Counted from the first letter of the whole stretch, positions 12,477 to 24,492 are shown. The stretch is DNA of 61,785 nucleotides, filler included, from Choristocarpus tenellus KU-1152 (GCA_964200185.2; 14 parts of 14 records of this genome joined end to end with filler, not necessarily neighbours in it), one strand, 5' to 3'. Notes: a model not told the origin generated them from the letters alone. Made by a program: numbers and translations.

Positions 12477-13009
12477 GATTCAAAGTATCTTAGAGGTTAG
12501 GGTCGAGTCTGAGTGAAAGTATCTTAGAGGGTACGCATTTTGCCCTGTTTCTCCATTTGAGGCTTGGCTTCCCGTGGGTTTTTTTGTGACACTTTCCTAC
12601 TCCAAAATGTTTTGGAGTAGTAGGTAAAATGTAAATGTTATGAAAAGGTGTGTCCAGAACATGGACATTGACACTTCCTAACAAACAAGATGACCAAAAT
12701 TATATCCAAATCGCAATGCTGGATTTTGGCCCCCAAATGGACGCGACTCTACCCTCTAAGATACTTTGGCTCTCTGTTTGTTGTCTGTTTGGGGCAAAAT
12801 CCAACGTTGCGATTTTGATTAAATTTTGGCTGTTGTGTATGTTAGGGAGTGTCAATATCCTTGTTCCATACACACCTTTGCATAACATAAATATTTCACC
12901 TACTCTAAAATATTTCGGAGTAGGAAAATGTCTTTTAAAAAAACGTGGGAAGCCAAGCCCCAAACAGACAAACAGGGCAAAAAACGTACCCTCTAAGATA
13001 CTTTCACTC
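12477..13009 (+). mobile_element. MITE family A, outer copy with an inverted family A copy nested inside
   Basis: GATTCAAAGTATCTTAGAGG...CCCTCTAAGATACTTTCACTC; TSD ATGT/ATGT. Confidence 0.92.
12511..12772 (-). mobile_element. MITE family A, inner inverted copy
   Basis: GAGTGAAAGTATCTTAGAGGG...CCCTCTAAGATACTTTGGCTC inserted after GTCT; followed by 10-nt filler TCTGTTTGTT and then GTCT. Confidence 0.93.
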
Positions 13010-13089
13010 ATGTCCGATTCAGTAAGTTTTTGTACTTCAAATACATAGAGGGTTGGGGTTGTTTTTTGACTAACCCTGGTTACTGTAAA

Positions 13090-13920
13090 TTGGAAACATA
13101 CAAGATAAATTAAGTATGTGATTGATATCTTGAAAAATACAAATCACTACTGATATAATTATATTTTTTAGAAATAGAAATCACGGATATAATCTGATTT
13201 ACAATTTCTGAAAGATGTAACGCACGGATTTTCAGGATTGGTGGGATCGAAAGGGTGGTCGCAACGATCGCCCGAGGATCAAACAAAGTTGATTTAGGAA
13301 CATTGGAAATGTACGTTAAAAATTAATTACGTGATGGTATCTTAAAAATGTAAATCACTGATATAATAGGATTTTTTAAAATAGAAATCATGGAAATAAT
13401 CTGATTTACAACTTCTGAAAGATGTAACGCACGGATTTTCAGGATCGGTGGGATCGAAAGGGTGGTCCCACCGATCACCCGAGGATGAAACAAAGTTGAT
13501 TTCGGAACATTGGAAATGTACAGTAACAATTAATTATGTGTTTGGTTTCTTAAGAAATACAAATCACTGATATAATTGGATTTTTAGAAAATAGAAATCA
13601 TGGATATAATCTGATTTACAACTTCTGAAAAATGTAACACACAAATTTTCAGGATCGGTGGGATCGAAAGGGTGGTTCCACCGATCCTGAAAAGGATGAA
13701 TCAAAGTTGACTTCGGAACATTGGGAATGTACAATAACAATTAATTATGTGTTTGGTATCTTAAGAAATACAAATCACTGATATAATTGGATTTTTTTTA
13801 AATAGAAATCACGGATATAATCTGATTTACAACTTCTGAAAAATGTAACACACGGATTTTCAGGATCGGTGGGATCGAAAGGGTGGTTCCACCGATCCTG
13901 AAAAGGATCAAACAAAGTTC
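13090..13920. repeat. ~210-bp tandem array x4, each unit carrying an inverted repeat
   Basis: Hairpin motifs start at 13229, 13436, 13646, 13857; units 3 and 4 have a perfect 16-bp stem TTTTCAGGATCGGTGG / CCACCGATCCTGAAAA. Confidence 0.95.
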
Positions 13921-13978
13921 ATACACTCGTCTTCGAATCTAATCACTCCTACACCTTCTCACTGCCCAAGATCGCCTG

Positions 13979-14457
13979 TTGATCGAAAACGCTATGCCAG
14001 TTGCTTCCACAGCAACGGGGTGGCTTGTGTCGCCTACGTCTCCCCCTGCGTTGCCCCCACACCAGCCCACCAACAATGATGCGCTGGAGCTTCATGCCAA
14101 TAACGCTTCAGCCACCGGCGCCAAGCTTCGACTGGGGTGGGTTGAACCCATCCCAGTCAACGAACAGCATGGCTGCTGCACGCACTTAGCCTGTGCGCAG
14201 AAGTTTGCGGCAGATGGCGAGTCCTTCCTTGCACGCACCTTGGCCAAAGAGCAAGACATCATCCGGGCGTGTGACATCCGGGCGTGTGACAACCGCCAAG
14301 ATCGCAAGGAGTTCGTTGGCGAGCGTGTACCTGTGGTTAAGTTGGGACCCGGATGTGGATCTATGCTCGCGGCCAGCATTCCCGTCTGTATGAAGTTTTT
14401 CAAGGCATCATTCGGGATATCCAATCATGTCATCAACGCCTGCAAAGGTATGCCTAA
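13979..14457 (+). CDS. Putative Sola-type DDE transposase, N-terminal Cys-rich region (truncated by linker)
   Basis: GCCTHLACAQKF...IPVCMKFFKASFGISNHVINAC fits the C-C-C / VCxxxFxxxxGIS pattern I recognise upstream of Sola1/Sola2 catalytic cores; catalytic region not in this contig. Confidence 0.5.
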
Positions 14458-15570
14458 NNNNNNNNNNNNNNNNNNNNNNNNNNNNNNNNNNNNNNNNNNN
14501 NTTAATTAATTAANNNNNNNNNNNNNNNNNNNNNNNNNNNNNNNNNNNNNNNNNNNNCGAATGTGCCTACGCGGAGATTGTAGGCGACGAAAGGCACAAG
14601 GATCGATTATGTATCAATTGCCCCATGGCATAGGAGGGCAGTGAAGGGTCTGGATCGGTGGGGAATGAAGCGGCGGGTCGGGGCTGGGGCAAGGGCAAGG
14701 GTAAGACTCGCGCAAGGAGTGTGGGCGGGTCACCCACAATGCAAAACCTTTTACGTCCCCCCTCGAGCAGCGAAACGGCCGACATGGAGAAGTGCATGTG
14801 GGTCTCGGCGTTGTTGCACATTATACAGACACACAAGTCGTCTCTGCGTGTTTGTTTTCTCATTGGTTTGCACATAGGTCTTGGCTGCTTGTACATCATG
14901 TGGATTGCTCATACTTTGTACCTTAGCTGTGTCGCTTTTTTGAAGGGTTTCATGGGCCATGGAACTTAGTGTTTTGACGTCTACCCTCCTTCCACGAGAT
15001 GTATCTGATGAGTCTGGCATTGTGGAGGGTACGGCGTGACATTTTGGAGATGCCGTGGAAATATTGTCAGACACTCACTTAATGAAAAGATTGCCTGCAC
15101 TGTAGCTTACTATGTCGTCCTTCTTGTCGTGCTGTCTGTCTACTGTGTTGTGTGTCATGATGTCCAAGCAGGAGTGAGAACACTGCACTACACGACCTTC
15201 ACCCTCTCGACCCCACGGTATCCTTAGACAAACTTGGTAATTTTGCCTTCCGCAACGCGCCAAAGCTCACCATAGTGTCCATTGCCGCCTAGCCAAGACT
15301 CCTCATCGACGAAGAGGCGACCAACACACACCTGCCCGAGATGCTTCAGTGCTTGTGGCCTAAGATGCATCCTCAGGGCACTATCGCGCTCACTGTGCCC
15401 CACCCATGGGCCGCGCAATTACATCGCCTACACGGTGAGTTGCAGAGTTTGCCAGTGCTGAAATACGGGGTGTATTGCGGGAGACTATTGAAATCCACCA
15501 TGGCTGTTATCATTCCGTCCGTGTGCCGATCGAATATTGTGCGACTGTTCAAGAGATGCGGATTAGATCG

Positions 15571-16153
15571 TGTGTATTCCTATATTTTTCACTTTCCCCA
15601 TGTTGTTTCATGTCCTTCGTACCTTCTACTTCCTTTTGTGTCGCTTGCTTTTTTTTTCACTGCCAACTACGTACTTCTTTGTTTCAGCATCCATTTTTTT
15701 CGCATGCTGGCGTTATTCGTCTTCACCACATTTTTTTTTGGCATATTTACTCCAATTATTACTTAATCTCCTATTGTTTGCAATTTTTGCATTGGTTATT
15801 TGCCTTGCGTTCCACACTCATTGTACTATTATAATGATAGTGGTACGAGATTTCATGAATCCCTGTGCATTCCTATATTTTTGTCACTTTCCCCATGTTG
15901 CTTCATGTCCTTTGTACCTTCCACTTCCTTTTGTGTCGCTTGCTCTTTTCCCCCGGCAACTACGTACTTCTTTGTTTCATTGTCCATTTTTTCGCATGCT
16001 GGCGTTACTCGTCTTCGCTACGTTTTTTTGTCATATTTACTTCTATTATTACTTAATCTCCTATTGTTTGCAATTTTTGCATTGGTTATTTGCCTTGCGT
16101 TCCACACTCATTGTACTATTATAATGTTAGTGGTATGAGATTTCATGAATCCC
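15571..16153. repeat. ~290-bp tandem duplication
   Basis: 15571-15863 and 15864-16153 align, both ending GAGATTTCATGAATCCC. Confidence 0.92.
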
Positions 16154-16484
16154 TACGATAACTACTTGTGTGATGTCACTGTCAATTTTGATGCATGCCG
16201 GACCCACACGCTCCCTCCCGCCTTCTCTTCATTCAGAGGCTCTTACTGCGTCAAAGGTGGGCTTGATTGTGGAGGCTCATCCCCTAATGCTAATATACAA
16301 GACGAGGGGGGGGGGGCGCCCTCAATTAGGCACAGATAACCATCTCAAAGGTTATCAGGACATTATTCTTCTCGCACACAACGATGGGACAATATTCACA
16401 TGCAATAAGCGAGTCACCGTCTACGACATCTTTGGCCACGGGCGTGATGCATCTCCTCCGGTACACCAATCTATGATAGACGTC

Positions 16485-16670
16485 GAATACGAAGGCGCTG
16501 CCTTGGCATCCCCATGAGGGCCCTGCACTTCCTCGTAAACAGGTTCGTTAATAACGTCACACAAATCCTTCTTCACAGAATACGAAGGCGCTGCCTCGGC
16601 ATCCCCATGAGGGCCCTCCACTTCCTCGTTAACAGGTTCGTTAATAACGTCACACAAACCCTTCTTCACA
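16485..16670. repeat. 93-bp tandem duplication (31 codons, open on minus strand)
   Basis: Units at 16485 and 16578; minus strand reads SVKK(G/D)LCDVINEPV(N/Y)EEV(E/Q)GPHGDA(E/K)AAPSY twice. Confidence 0.92.
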
Positions 16671-16915
16671 GAAGCATTGATTTTTTTTTGTAGAAGGTGT
16701 AGGACATCATTAAACAGTAACAGAACGAGCTGGGTGACGGTTCAGGGGTGTCAATCCATCCCACCAGTTTGTTTCCCGAATCGGTACGTTAAGCGTCAAA
16801 ACGCACCAAGAGCGTGTTGCCCTGTATCGGAACGTTACTCATACACTGCGAAATGATGAATCCGTGCGCAATACAATATACCACGTTAGGGCTAATTTAC
16901 GAACTACCCTCCCAG

Positions 16916-17914
16916 GTACACGAATGCTGGGGACACCGTCGCCTCCTACAGTGCAGAGAGGCACAATGTGGTGGAGGTGTTCGTGTCCAATGTGGCGTCA
17001 AAGGACGAGGTGAAAGAGATGATGGACACGTCCTTCGGCCAAACCTACGAGGACGTCAAGTGGAAGGTAAGAAGGATGTGCTGGCTTTTTTTTCCCATTG
17101 CTTTCCAACTTATTGTTTGCCTACGTTCCCTATGGATAGGTCTCGAGCGTGCAATTGTATTGGTGATGTTTCCTTGTAGATGTTTACACGTTGCCAACAG
17201 AGTGCATACAGTTACCCACATCACCACTGGAAATCGCGAGTCCCCAAGACTTTGTTGTGATCGTCGGTACGTCGTAATGTCCTCCATCCCTGCACGAAAA
17301 AAAAGAAGTCCTGCAGTGAGTCAAAGTATCTTAGAGGGCAGAGCCGCGTCCGTTTGGGGACCAAAATCCAATGTTGCAATTTTGATCAAAATTTGGCTAT
17401 TATTTGTTTAGGAAGTGTCAATATCCTTGTTTTAAATACACCTTTTCATAACGTGTACATTTTACCTACTCCGAAACATTTCGGAGTAGGAAAAGTACAT
17501 AAAAAGCCCGTGGGAAGCCAAGCCCCAAATGGACAAATAGGGAAAAATTCGTACCCTCTAAGATACTTTTCCTCAGTACACCACAACATCTTTAACCAAT
17601 GCCGGAATAACCCATACATATACGACAAAACCTTATCACATGGCTAACCCACTTTACTGCCACATTGTTGGGCTGTCACATATACGCACGTAATGCTGCA
17701 GGTATCCACGTCTCTCGTTCAACAACGCGTGATAGGCCCTTCCTGCCTGCCAGAAGCCTTGGGGCAGACCCTCGTCCCAACGGAGAGGCAGCGATGTTTT
17801 GCGGAGGCCGTCCATCCTCAGGGAAAGGCGATGGGACGCGATGAGGCGACCATATTCGTTGCGAAGGTGGTGGCGACAGACTTCGGCTACCAGATCGAGG
17901 TGAATGTGGTATAG
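16916..17914 (+). CDS. Putative two-exon fragment of an unknown protein (exons 16916-17066 and 17702-17914)
   Basis: GC-rich coding-like blocks with cccAG/GTaaga and ctgcAG boundaries in matching phase (…YEDVKWK|VSTSLVQQRV…); MITE A sits in the putative intron; no homolog recognised. Confidence 0.35.
17318..17574 (+). mobile_element. MITE family A, full copy
   Basis: GAGTCAAAGTATCTTAGAGGG...CCCTCTAAGATACTTTTCCTC; flanks cAGT / AGTa; perfect internal hairpin CCTACTCCGAAA-ca-TTTCGGAGTAGG. Confidence 0.95.
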
Positions 17915-17917
17915 GAT

Positions 17918-17981
17918 GAGTGAAACTATCTTAGAGGGTATGATTTTTTCCCTGTTTGTCCATTTGTGGGGCTTGGCATCC
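17918..17981 (-). mobile_element. MITE family A, partial (cut by linker)
   Basis: GAGTGAAACTATCTTAGAGGGTA...CCCTGTTTGTCCATTTG. Confidence 0.88.
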
Positions 17982-18100
17982 NNNNNNNNNNNNNNNNNNN
18001 NNNNNNNNNNNNNNNNNNNNNNNNNTTAATTAATTAANNNNNNNNNNNNNNNNNNNNNNNNNNNNNNNNNNNNNNNNNNNNAAAAAAAAAAAAAAAAAAA

Positions 18101-18141
18101 ACCGACCCCCCCCCCCCCCCCCCCCCCAGATACTTTGACCC
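18101..18141 (-). mobile_element. MITE family C terminus
   Basis: poly-C-CAGATACTTTGACCC, the same end as 53793-53879. Confidence 0.7.
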
Positions 18142-18473
18142 TTAATTGAAAAAATAGAAAAAAAAAATGACCTAAAATCCTGGTTTGATGCCGTTTCTAA
18201 TTCATTTTTGTCGTTGTTGTGCAGAAGGATATCAGTCAAGCAGAAAAAGCGGTGCTACTGTTTCATCTTGGGGAGTTAAAAGGTATCGACATATGGGATT
18301 GTTGGAGAGACAATAAATACTCGAGAGAATGCAGTAAGCCTCACCTCCTGAATATTGGCGAAAGCGCCTCGCTGTCCAAACCCCTCGTCAATAAGACCCT
18401 GTGCAAATCTGTCGCATCTACTCCCATCAAATGTGAAAATGTGATGAGGTGGCGGGAAAGAGGAAAACAGCGC

Positions 18474-18736
18474 AAGTCAAAATTATCTTAGAGGGTAGAG
18501 CCACATCCGTTTGGAGGCCAAAATCCAATGTTGTGATTTTGAGGTAATTTTGGCTATGGTGTTTGTTAGGAACTGTCAATATTATTGTTCCGGACTCTCC
18601 TTCTTGTAATGCATACACTTCACATACCCCGAAACGTTTCAGAGTGGGAAAATGTCATTTAAAAAAAACCCATGGGAAGCCAAGCCCCAAATGGACAAAC
18701 AGGGCTAAACTTGTACCCTCTAAGATACTTTCACTC
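18474..18736 (+). mobile_element. MITE family A, full copy with diverged left end
   Basis: AAGTCAAAATTATCTTAGAGGGTAGAGCC...CCCTCTAAGATACTTTCACTC. Confidence 0.92.
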
Positions 18737-19569
18737 AGCAATTTAGAAGAAGAGGGATCAAGATATTCAGGCCGACTGGCATTGTTTTGTTTTATTTCTG
18801 CCAAGGCTGTGATGAGAAGACAAAACCCCCATTGGATGTGGGGTTGCAAGCAATATCAGCACCAGAGATCGGCAAGTAGAGAAAGCAAGGGAGATAGTGT
18901 TTACACAAGAGACAAGAAAAACAGACCCGATCTTTGCAAGCTCAGCATGAATGTCAAAGCCCTCCAGTGTTTTGGACATGATGGCCTGGGCAGTCCACAT
19001 TTCATGAAGGCGGTGTGCATAGATGACAGAAAAATTTAAGAAAAAGACAAGGAAGACAGGGCATGGGAGCAATAGAGTGGTCAGGGCAGGTTCAGCATTG
19101 ATTTGACCAAGCAGTGGAAGGGAAGGGCGATGGGTTGCGTCACCAATATTGGTGGTGCTGGGTGTGAAAAAGCACTACGTATGAGAAGAATCGGAGCTCT
19201 TGCAATTAGCCTGTGGTCACTAAAAACTTTATATTTTTTTATTGTTGGATATCATTACTTGGAAACCACGAGCACAAAATGGGAAGCTCAACTTTTTTTC
19301 TTTTCCTATGGCTGAGAAATGTTCCCCATAAAGCAGTGGAAATCAAGTGCAAAAGGCATTAATATTTGAATCTTTGTGATGTATGGAGCTCTTGTATTTT
19401 TGCTGCCTGATGATGCAGGCAGGCAGGCAGGCAGGCCCACATGTACACATGTACACATTTATGGGATATTGAAATTGCCAAATTCAACACTTTGTTTTTT
19501 TACAATTTTAGTCTTCCAGGATCGCTGAGTACCCAAACTGATTATCATATAGCCCCAAGACTGAGGAAA

Positions 19570-19847
19570 GACCAATAGTATCATAAAGGGGGGGGGTGTT
19601 TAGCCCAGGTTGTCCATTCAGAACTTGATGAGGTGCTGTAAGATACTCCAGTTTGTTTGATACCCATGTTGTGAAAGAATTTCCTTCATAATTTGGCTCA
19701 GGCAGGGGGATGCGAAAGGAAGGTTCGTTCAGATGAAGGAGATTGCCGTTACACTTGACACATTCACTCAGATGACATGAACATCACCACAGAGTCACAC
19801 AGGCCCCAAATAGACACATGACCCCCCCCCTCTAGGATACTATGGGC
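19570..19847. mobile_element. Diverged MITE (family D) with the same TIR architecture
   Basis: GACCAATAGTATCATAAAGGGGG...TGTCCATTC at the left end and CCCCAAATAGACA...CCCCCTCTAGGATACTATGGGC at the right; interior differs from A/B. Confidence 0.6.
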
Positions 19848-20689
19848 AAATCATTGCTTGGTGACAAGTTGTGGTCATTAATTTCTGTGGGAGGCGCGCG
19901 TGTGTGAGACATAACTCCAGAAGTTTTTAGTATTTTGTTCTTGCTTTTAGGAACAAGTCGTCCCCCAACAGTCTCTTGATCCTGGAGGATTTGAAAGATT
20001 TGCTGTTTCTACCTCTTCAGGCACGCATAATGCACCCGATGCACGCCTCTCCGTGAACTAAGGGTGAGCACCTTGGAGGCTTACTCTTAGATAGGTTTGA
20101 AAATTCTCCATCTGTAGAGAAGATTTTTCGGAAAAGTTTCTGACTGCAGCAGTACACCTCCAAAAATGTATAATGTGACATAATGTAGAGTGAGCTAGAG
20201 TAAGACGAGAGGCAACCAGAGTTGCATCTCTTGGATTCTTACAAATGCGTACAAGATTTGGCTCTTTTGTATGAACAGATGCGTATAGGATATTTGTGAA
20301 TTGTGCCGAAAATTTTCAAGCAATCGAGAAACAAACACTTCTCGAGTCAAACTTAGCACTCCACATATAGAAATATGGGTGAATTGAAAAAGATTGAAAA
20401 CCTGGCTTGAAATGCCAACTGCCCAAAATCTGGGTAACTCCCCTTGCTTACTCTGGCTCGTAATTGTACTATATAGAAGGTGGAACCCCAATGACATGGT
20501 TTGGTGTGGCAAGGTATGGTATTTATGGGAGATGCATGTAGGTGTCCTCAAGAGTTTCGTGTTCAATTTTATTAGCCCAAGTACCTGAACTTATCAAATA
20601 ATCGCCTCTTCCTCGTGCTACTGCGTCAATCATCCCACCCTGTCTTCCTTTTGTTCTCCTCGCTGGGACAGTCTATGAACCTATACACC

Positions 20690-20797
20690 AAACGACTATT
20701 AACAGGTTGATTCAGTAAACGACTATTAACAGGATGATTCAGTAAACGACTATCAACAGGTTGATTCAGTAAACGACTATTAACAGGTTGAGTCAGT
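20690..20797. repeat. 27-bp minisatellite x4
   Basis: AAACGACTATTAACAGGTTGATTCAGT repeated four times. Confidence 0.95.
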
Positions 20798-20999
20798 ATG
20801 TTGCCGTTGTGTTTCACACCTTGATATGATATGTGTCAACTGCCTGAGCGATGTAGGTGGTGAGATTCAAACCACCACAGCTTTGCTGAGATCAACAGCG
20901 TTCATTCTTTATTTTGCTTGACACCACTCCACTAACGTGACTAGCTGCAGCCATGCAAACTTGGTTTACAGGTTGGATAGGTGTTGATACACCTTTCAC

Positions 21000-21022
21000 T
21001 ACCCTCTAAGATACTTCGACTC
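21000..21022 (-). mobile_element. Solo family A terminal repeat
   Basis: TACCCTCTAAGATACTTCGACTC with no matching partner nearby. Confidence 0.65.
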
Positions 21023-21199
21023 GAATTGAAGTCCGTGGGGTATTGTTTTTTTTATCTTCCGAGTTAATCATCTAGAAAATGAAAATGTTGCCACAGAACA
21101 TTGCTCTTGGTAGCGGGGAGATCGCTTTCCCTTGCCACCTTCAGTCATCAGATTGGCACTGCTGCCTTCCACAATCGTGCAGAGAGACAATGTTTGTGG

Positions 21200-21239
<40 letters not shown>

Positions 21240-21721
21240 AAGCGTCCAGGGGAAATAAATTCTACTTTGGAGGACTTTATGCATGTTCCCTACTTCAGCA
21301 GAACCATACTGTAAGAAAGGAAATTGCGGGTACATTTTTGCGTTAAAAAGTCTACGGATTATAGCACATGCAGAATGCACATTATAGAGGGCGTACTTCC
21401 ATGTACCCCCTAGAGCATTCATTCTCATACCTGTCCTATGGGTGAGACAAGTGCCTTACTAACCTGAGCTCAAGAATAATAAGCATATTCCCGGTGAGAC
21501 TGAGTCATTGGTGTTGCCACTGGGTTTGAAGGGCCTCTCCAACTTTTTTTTGTAGTGCATGTTTTTGCATTCAATCCGCAGCTACTAGTGTTCTTTGGTT
21601 GTTTTGTGAGTATATTCAGTTTGCACTTCGATGAAGAAGCAATTTATCCTTGTCAATGCCCTTCCGAATGTCCTCATCTTCCTTAAACAAAGTTGAAGAC
21701 CCCTGGAAACTCAAAACGGCC

Positions 21722-21784
<63 letters not shown>

Positions 21785-22489
21785 CCCCGGCGTCGTGGGC
21801 GGCGCTCCCGGCTGTTGGCCGGTCAGCGCGCAGGCCCCCGCCACCCCCCCAANNNNNNNNNNNNNNNNNNNNNNNNNNNNNNNNNNNNNNNNNNNNTTAA
21901 TTAATTAANNNNNNNNNNNNNNNNNNNNNNNNNNNNNNNNNNNNNNNNNNNNCCCCCTTTCCCAGCGTTTCCGTTGTTCGTGAGCAACCGACAGGGTGGG
22001 TGGGTGGGAGAAGCTTGCTCGGAGGTTGCCTTGGTCTCCCCTCCTCGTATTTTACCCTGATGTTCTTCCCTTTCCAACAAACCGGCTTGCTGTCCTTCCT
22101 TTTACCTACCACTCATTTCCCTTAACCATCTCGTCCCTTCCTTAACTCCTCCTTCCCTTCCTACTTCTTTCTTTTCTTTTTCCCCACATTCTTGTCCTGT
22201 GCCCCCAACCAACCAGAATTCTTCCGCCCACAAAAAAACTCAGTTTACTTCATAAACTCTCACTTGTGGTTGTCCTGCCATAACTTTTGATGTAGATATC
22301 CGATTTAAAAAATAAAAGCATATTCGTGATACCCGTCACAAGGCCCTCCAGAGTAAGGGCTTCGTTTATTGTTTTCGCCATTTTTCTTTTTTCGAAGAAA
22401 GAGTGCTCATACTGGGGTTCGAACCCGGGAATTTAGGTTACCAAGAGTGGTAACAGATGCACTATTACTTGATTAAGTATAGGGTTTAC

Positions 22490-23181
22490 AGGGGAAAGAA
22501 GTCTCCCCACCCTTTCTTCCTGTCTGTTCGCGCACCCACTCTTTGACCTCGGCAAGGATGTCCTCGTCAACGTCCAGGACGAAACGCCTCTCATAGCGCC
22601 CTTGCTTCAACACCTTGATGTGGTCCTTATTTAGAAAGTCTCTCTCCCATTTACTCACAGTTTCCGACCTAACCATCACATATCCTGCTGCCATCTCAAG
22701 TGCCGTTTGACGGTCTTTCCCGTCGTTCATACACAGGTACAGGATTCGCAATGTTAGAGTCCTAACTATCACAGTTCCTTGTTGAGCTCCGGAAATGGGC
22801 ATTGTCAGTGTTTCCTGGACGGATGATATTTTATCAAGGCGCAAGGGCGAGGGAGGACAGCCTTGAGTTGATCGAAAATTGTGTTGATTCCTCGAATGAA
22901 TGCAGGCTGGGAGAAACCCTTACTCATCTTTATACGTTCAACCCTAAGTCCAGGAACAAAAGTGAATGTACGGCATCTTGCAAGAAGTGGGAGACACCAA
23001 ACCATCGGTGTACAAATAGTCTCAATCTCACCTCCTCTTCTTCCCTGGCATCCTCATTGATGGCTACCTCCACCTGCTTGGCGACCTCTTCTAAGTAAAG
23101 GATTTGGTGGTATTGAAAAGTCTTTGTGAGCCGTTTCGACCTTCTTTGGGGCTTCAGAGGCCTTGTAGCCCAACCTAACAC
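22490..23181 (-). pseudogene. Frameshifted IS630/Tc1-like transposase N-terminal (HTH) remnant
   Basis: DGKDRQTALEMAAGYVMVRSETVSKWERDFL...QGRYERRFVLDVDEDILAEVKEWVRE resembles the HTH plus QGxxxxxxxLxxEDI...WxR region of eukaryotic IS630-Tc1 transposases; upstream part split over three frames; no DDE region seen. Confidence 0.5.
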
Positions 23182-24130
23182 ATCCTTTCTCGTTTCCTTA
23201 AGCCACTCTGGCTAGCACAGCTTCCAGACAGCCAGGGCCTGCTACAACTGTCGACTACTAAGATATTCTACACCGGGTTTTCGCTTAGGCGTTTCCTGAG
23301 CGCAACGGCACGCAGTCGCACTGCTCTCTTCCCCAATATTCCTTCGGGCGGCCAACCCGGTTCTCCCTTCACCTGCCGTGATCAGGCTTCCCCACAGACT
23401 TCGTCACTGTACCACCCGGTGATGGAGTCACTGCTCTCTTCCTGCTTTCCCAAGGTGGCAGGGACTGCAGAGCAGTGCTCCGACATGGTTGAAGACCCAA
23501 CCACGTTTGTGTGGTAATGCTTTCAATGCATCTTCTCTCAGTGTCAGCGTCGTGGCCCTGTGATCCATTTCGCGATTTGATCGTGCTGCTGTGCTACACT
23601 AATCGCACTTTCTCGGCACCTAACATCGCACTGAGTGTCACACGATACTTTCTTTTCCGTCGTCTCTCGACAGAGAAGGTGCTGAGGGTAGATCCAGGGG
23701 CAGAGTGGCCTCGGCGGCTCTCCTTGTCTCACCGTCGTGGTTTATGTTGCTGGGTAAGTTACGTGCGTGTGTGTGTGCTTACAGAAAGTCTTGAAAGAAG
23801 CGCTAGAAAGATGTCCGGAAATCTTGAGTTTTTTTTTAGGTATCACCACACCGGGCAAACTTGGGCAGCAATGCCCCCAGGATCAGGTTTTTGCAAGGAG
23901 TTCAGCCAACCACCTCATTTTTGTCCGTTTTGAAGTCGTGACCTTCAAAATTGCACTGGAGATATTCCCCCGCGTTTTTCCCATTCTTTGATGGGGACAT
24001 AGCTCCCGTCCCCCGAAGCCTGGACATTCGTGGATGCAAACCTTCAAAAGCTCTTGTCATACCCTTTCATTTGATACATACATTGTTGTATAACTGTTGT
24101 GGCGTTCTCGTCAAAAAAAAAACGATTGCC

Positions 24131-24372
24131 GAGCCAAAGTATCTTAGAGGGTCGGGCCACATCGATTTGGGGGCCAAAATCCATTGTTGCGATATTTTTG
24201 TATCATTTTGGTTATCGTGTTTGTTAGGAAGTGTCGATATCCTTGTTCCGGACACACCTTTTCATAACGTAAACATTTTCCTACTCCGAAACAAATGTCA
24301 AAAAAAAAATGGGAAGCCAAGCCCCAAGGGACAAATTGTGCAAGACTCGCACCCTCTAAGATGCCTTCACTC
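24131..24372 (+). mobile_element. MITE family A (internal hairpin partly deleted)
   Basis: GAGCCAAAGTATCTTAGAGGG...CCCTCTAAGATGCCTTCACTC; TSD TGCC/TGGC (1 mismatch). Confidence 0.93.
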
Positions 24373-24492
24373 TGGCACAGAGGGTGAACCTACTGGTACC
24401 ACCTTGCTTCTTTAACAATACAATAGATACAACAGATACTAACATGCTTTTGCAAACCTGTCTCTAGAGCAAGTGTGGGACAATGATGTAAC

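Noticed and set aside
12650-13048. Recurrent ORFs with LGSVNILVPxTP…PSKILSL (also near 6231, 17354, 18563, 23951)
   Set aside because: Chance translations of MITE A; frames and stops differ between copies.
13090-13920. CRISPR-like array (palindromic repeat at regular spacing) or hammerhead ribozyme array
   Set aside because: Intervening sequences are near-identical rather than unique spacers, the period is ~210 bp, no cas genes are present, and no CTGANGA core is found.
15341-16138. Hydrophobic multi-TM ORFs in several frames
   Set aside because: T-rich tandem duplication open in overlapping frames; no protein-like signal.
21650-21908. Poly-proline ORFs
   Set aside because: Poly-C low-quality contig end.
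22402-22470. tRNA or tRNA-SINE (GGTTCGAACCC B-box)
   Set aside because: Only a T-arm-like motif; no pairing acceptor stem or A-box could be built. The same applies to 61513-61526.
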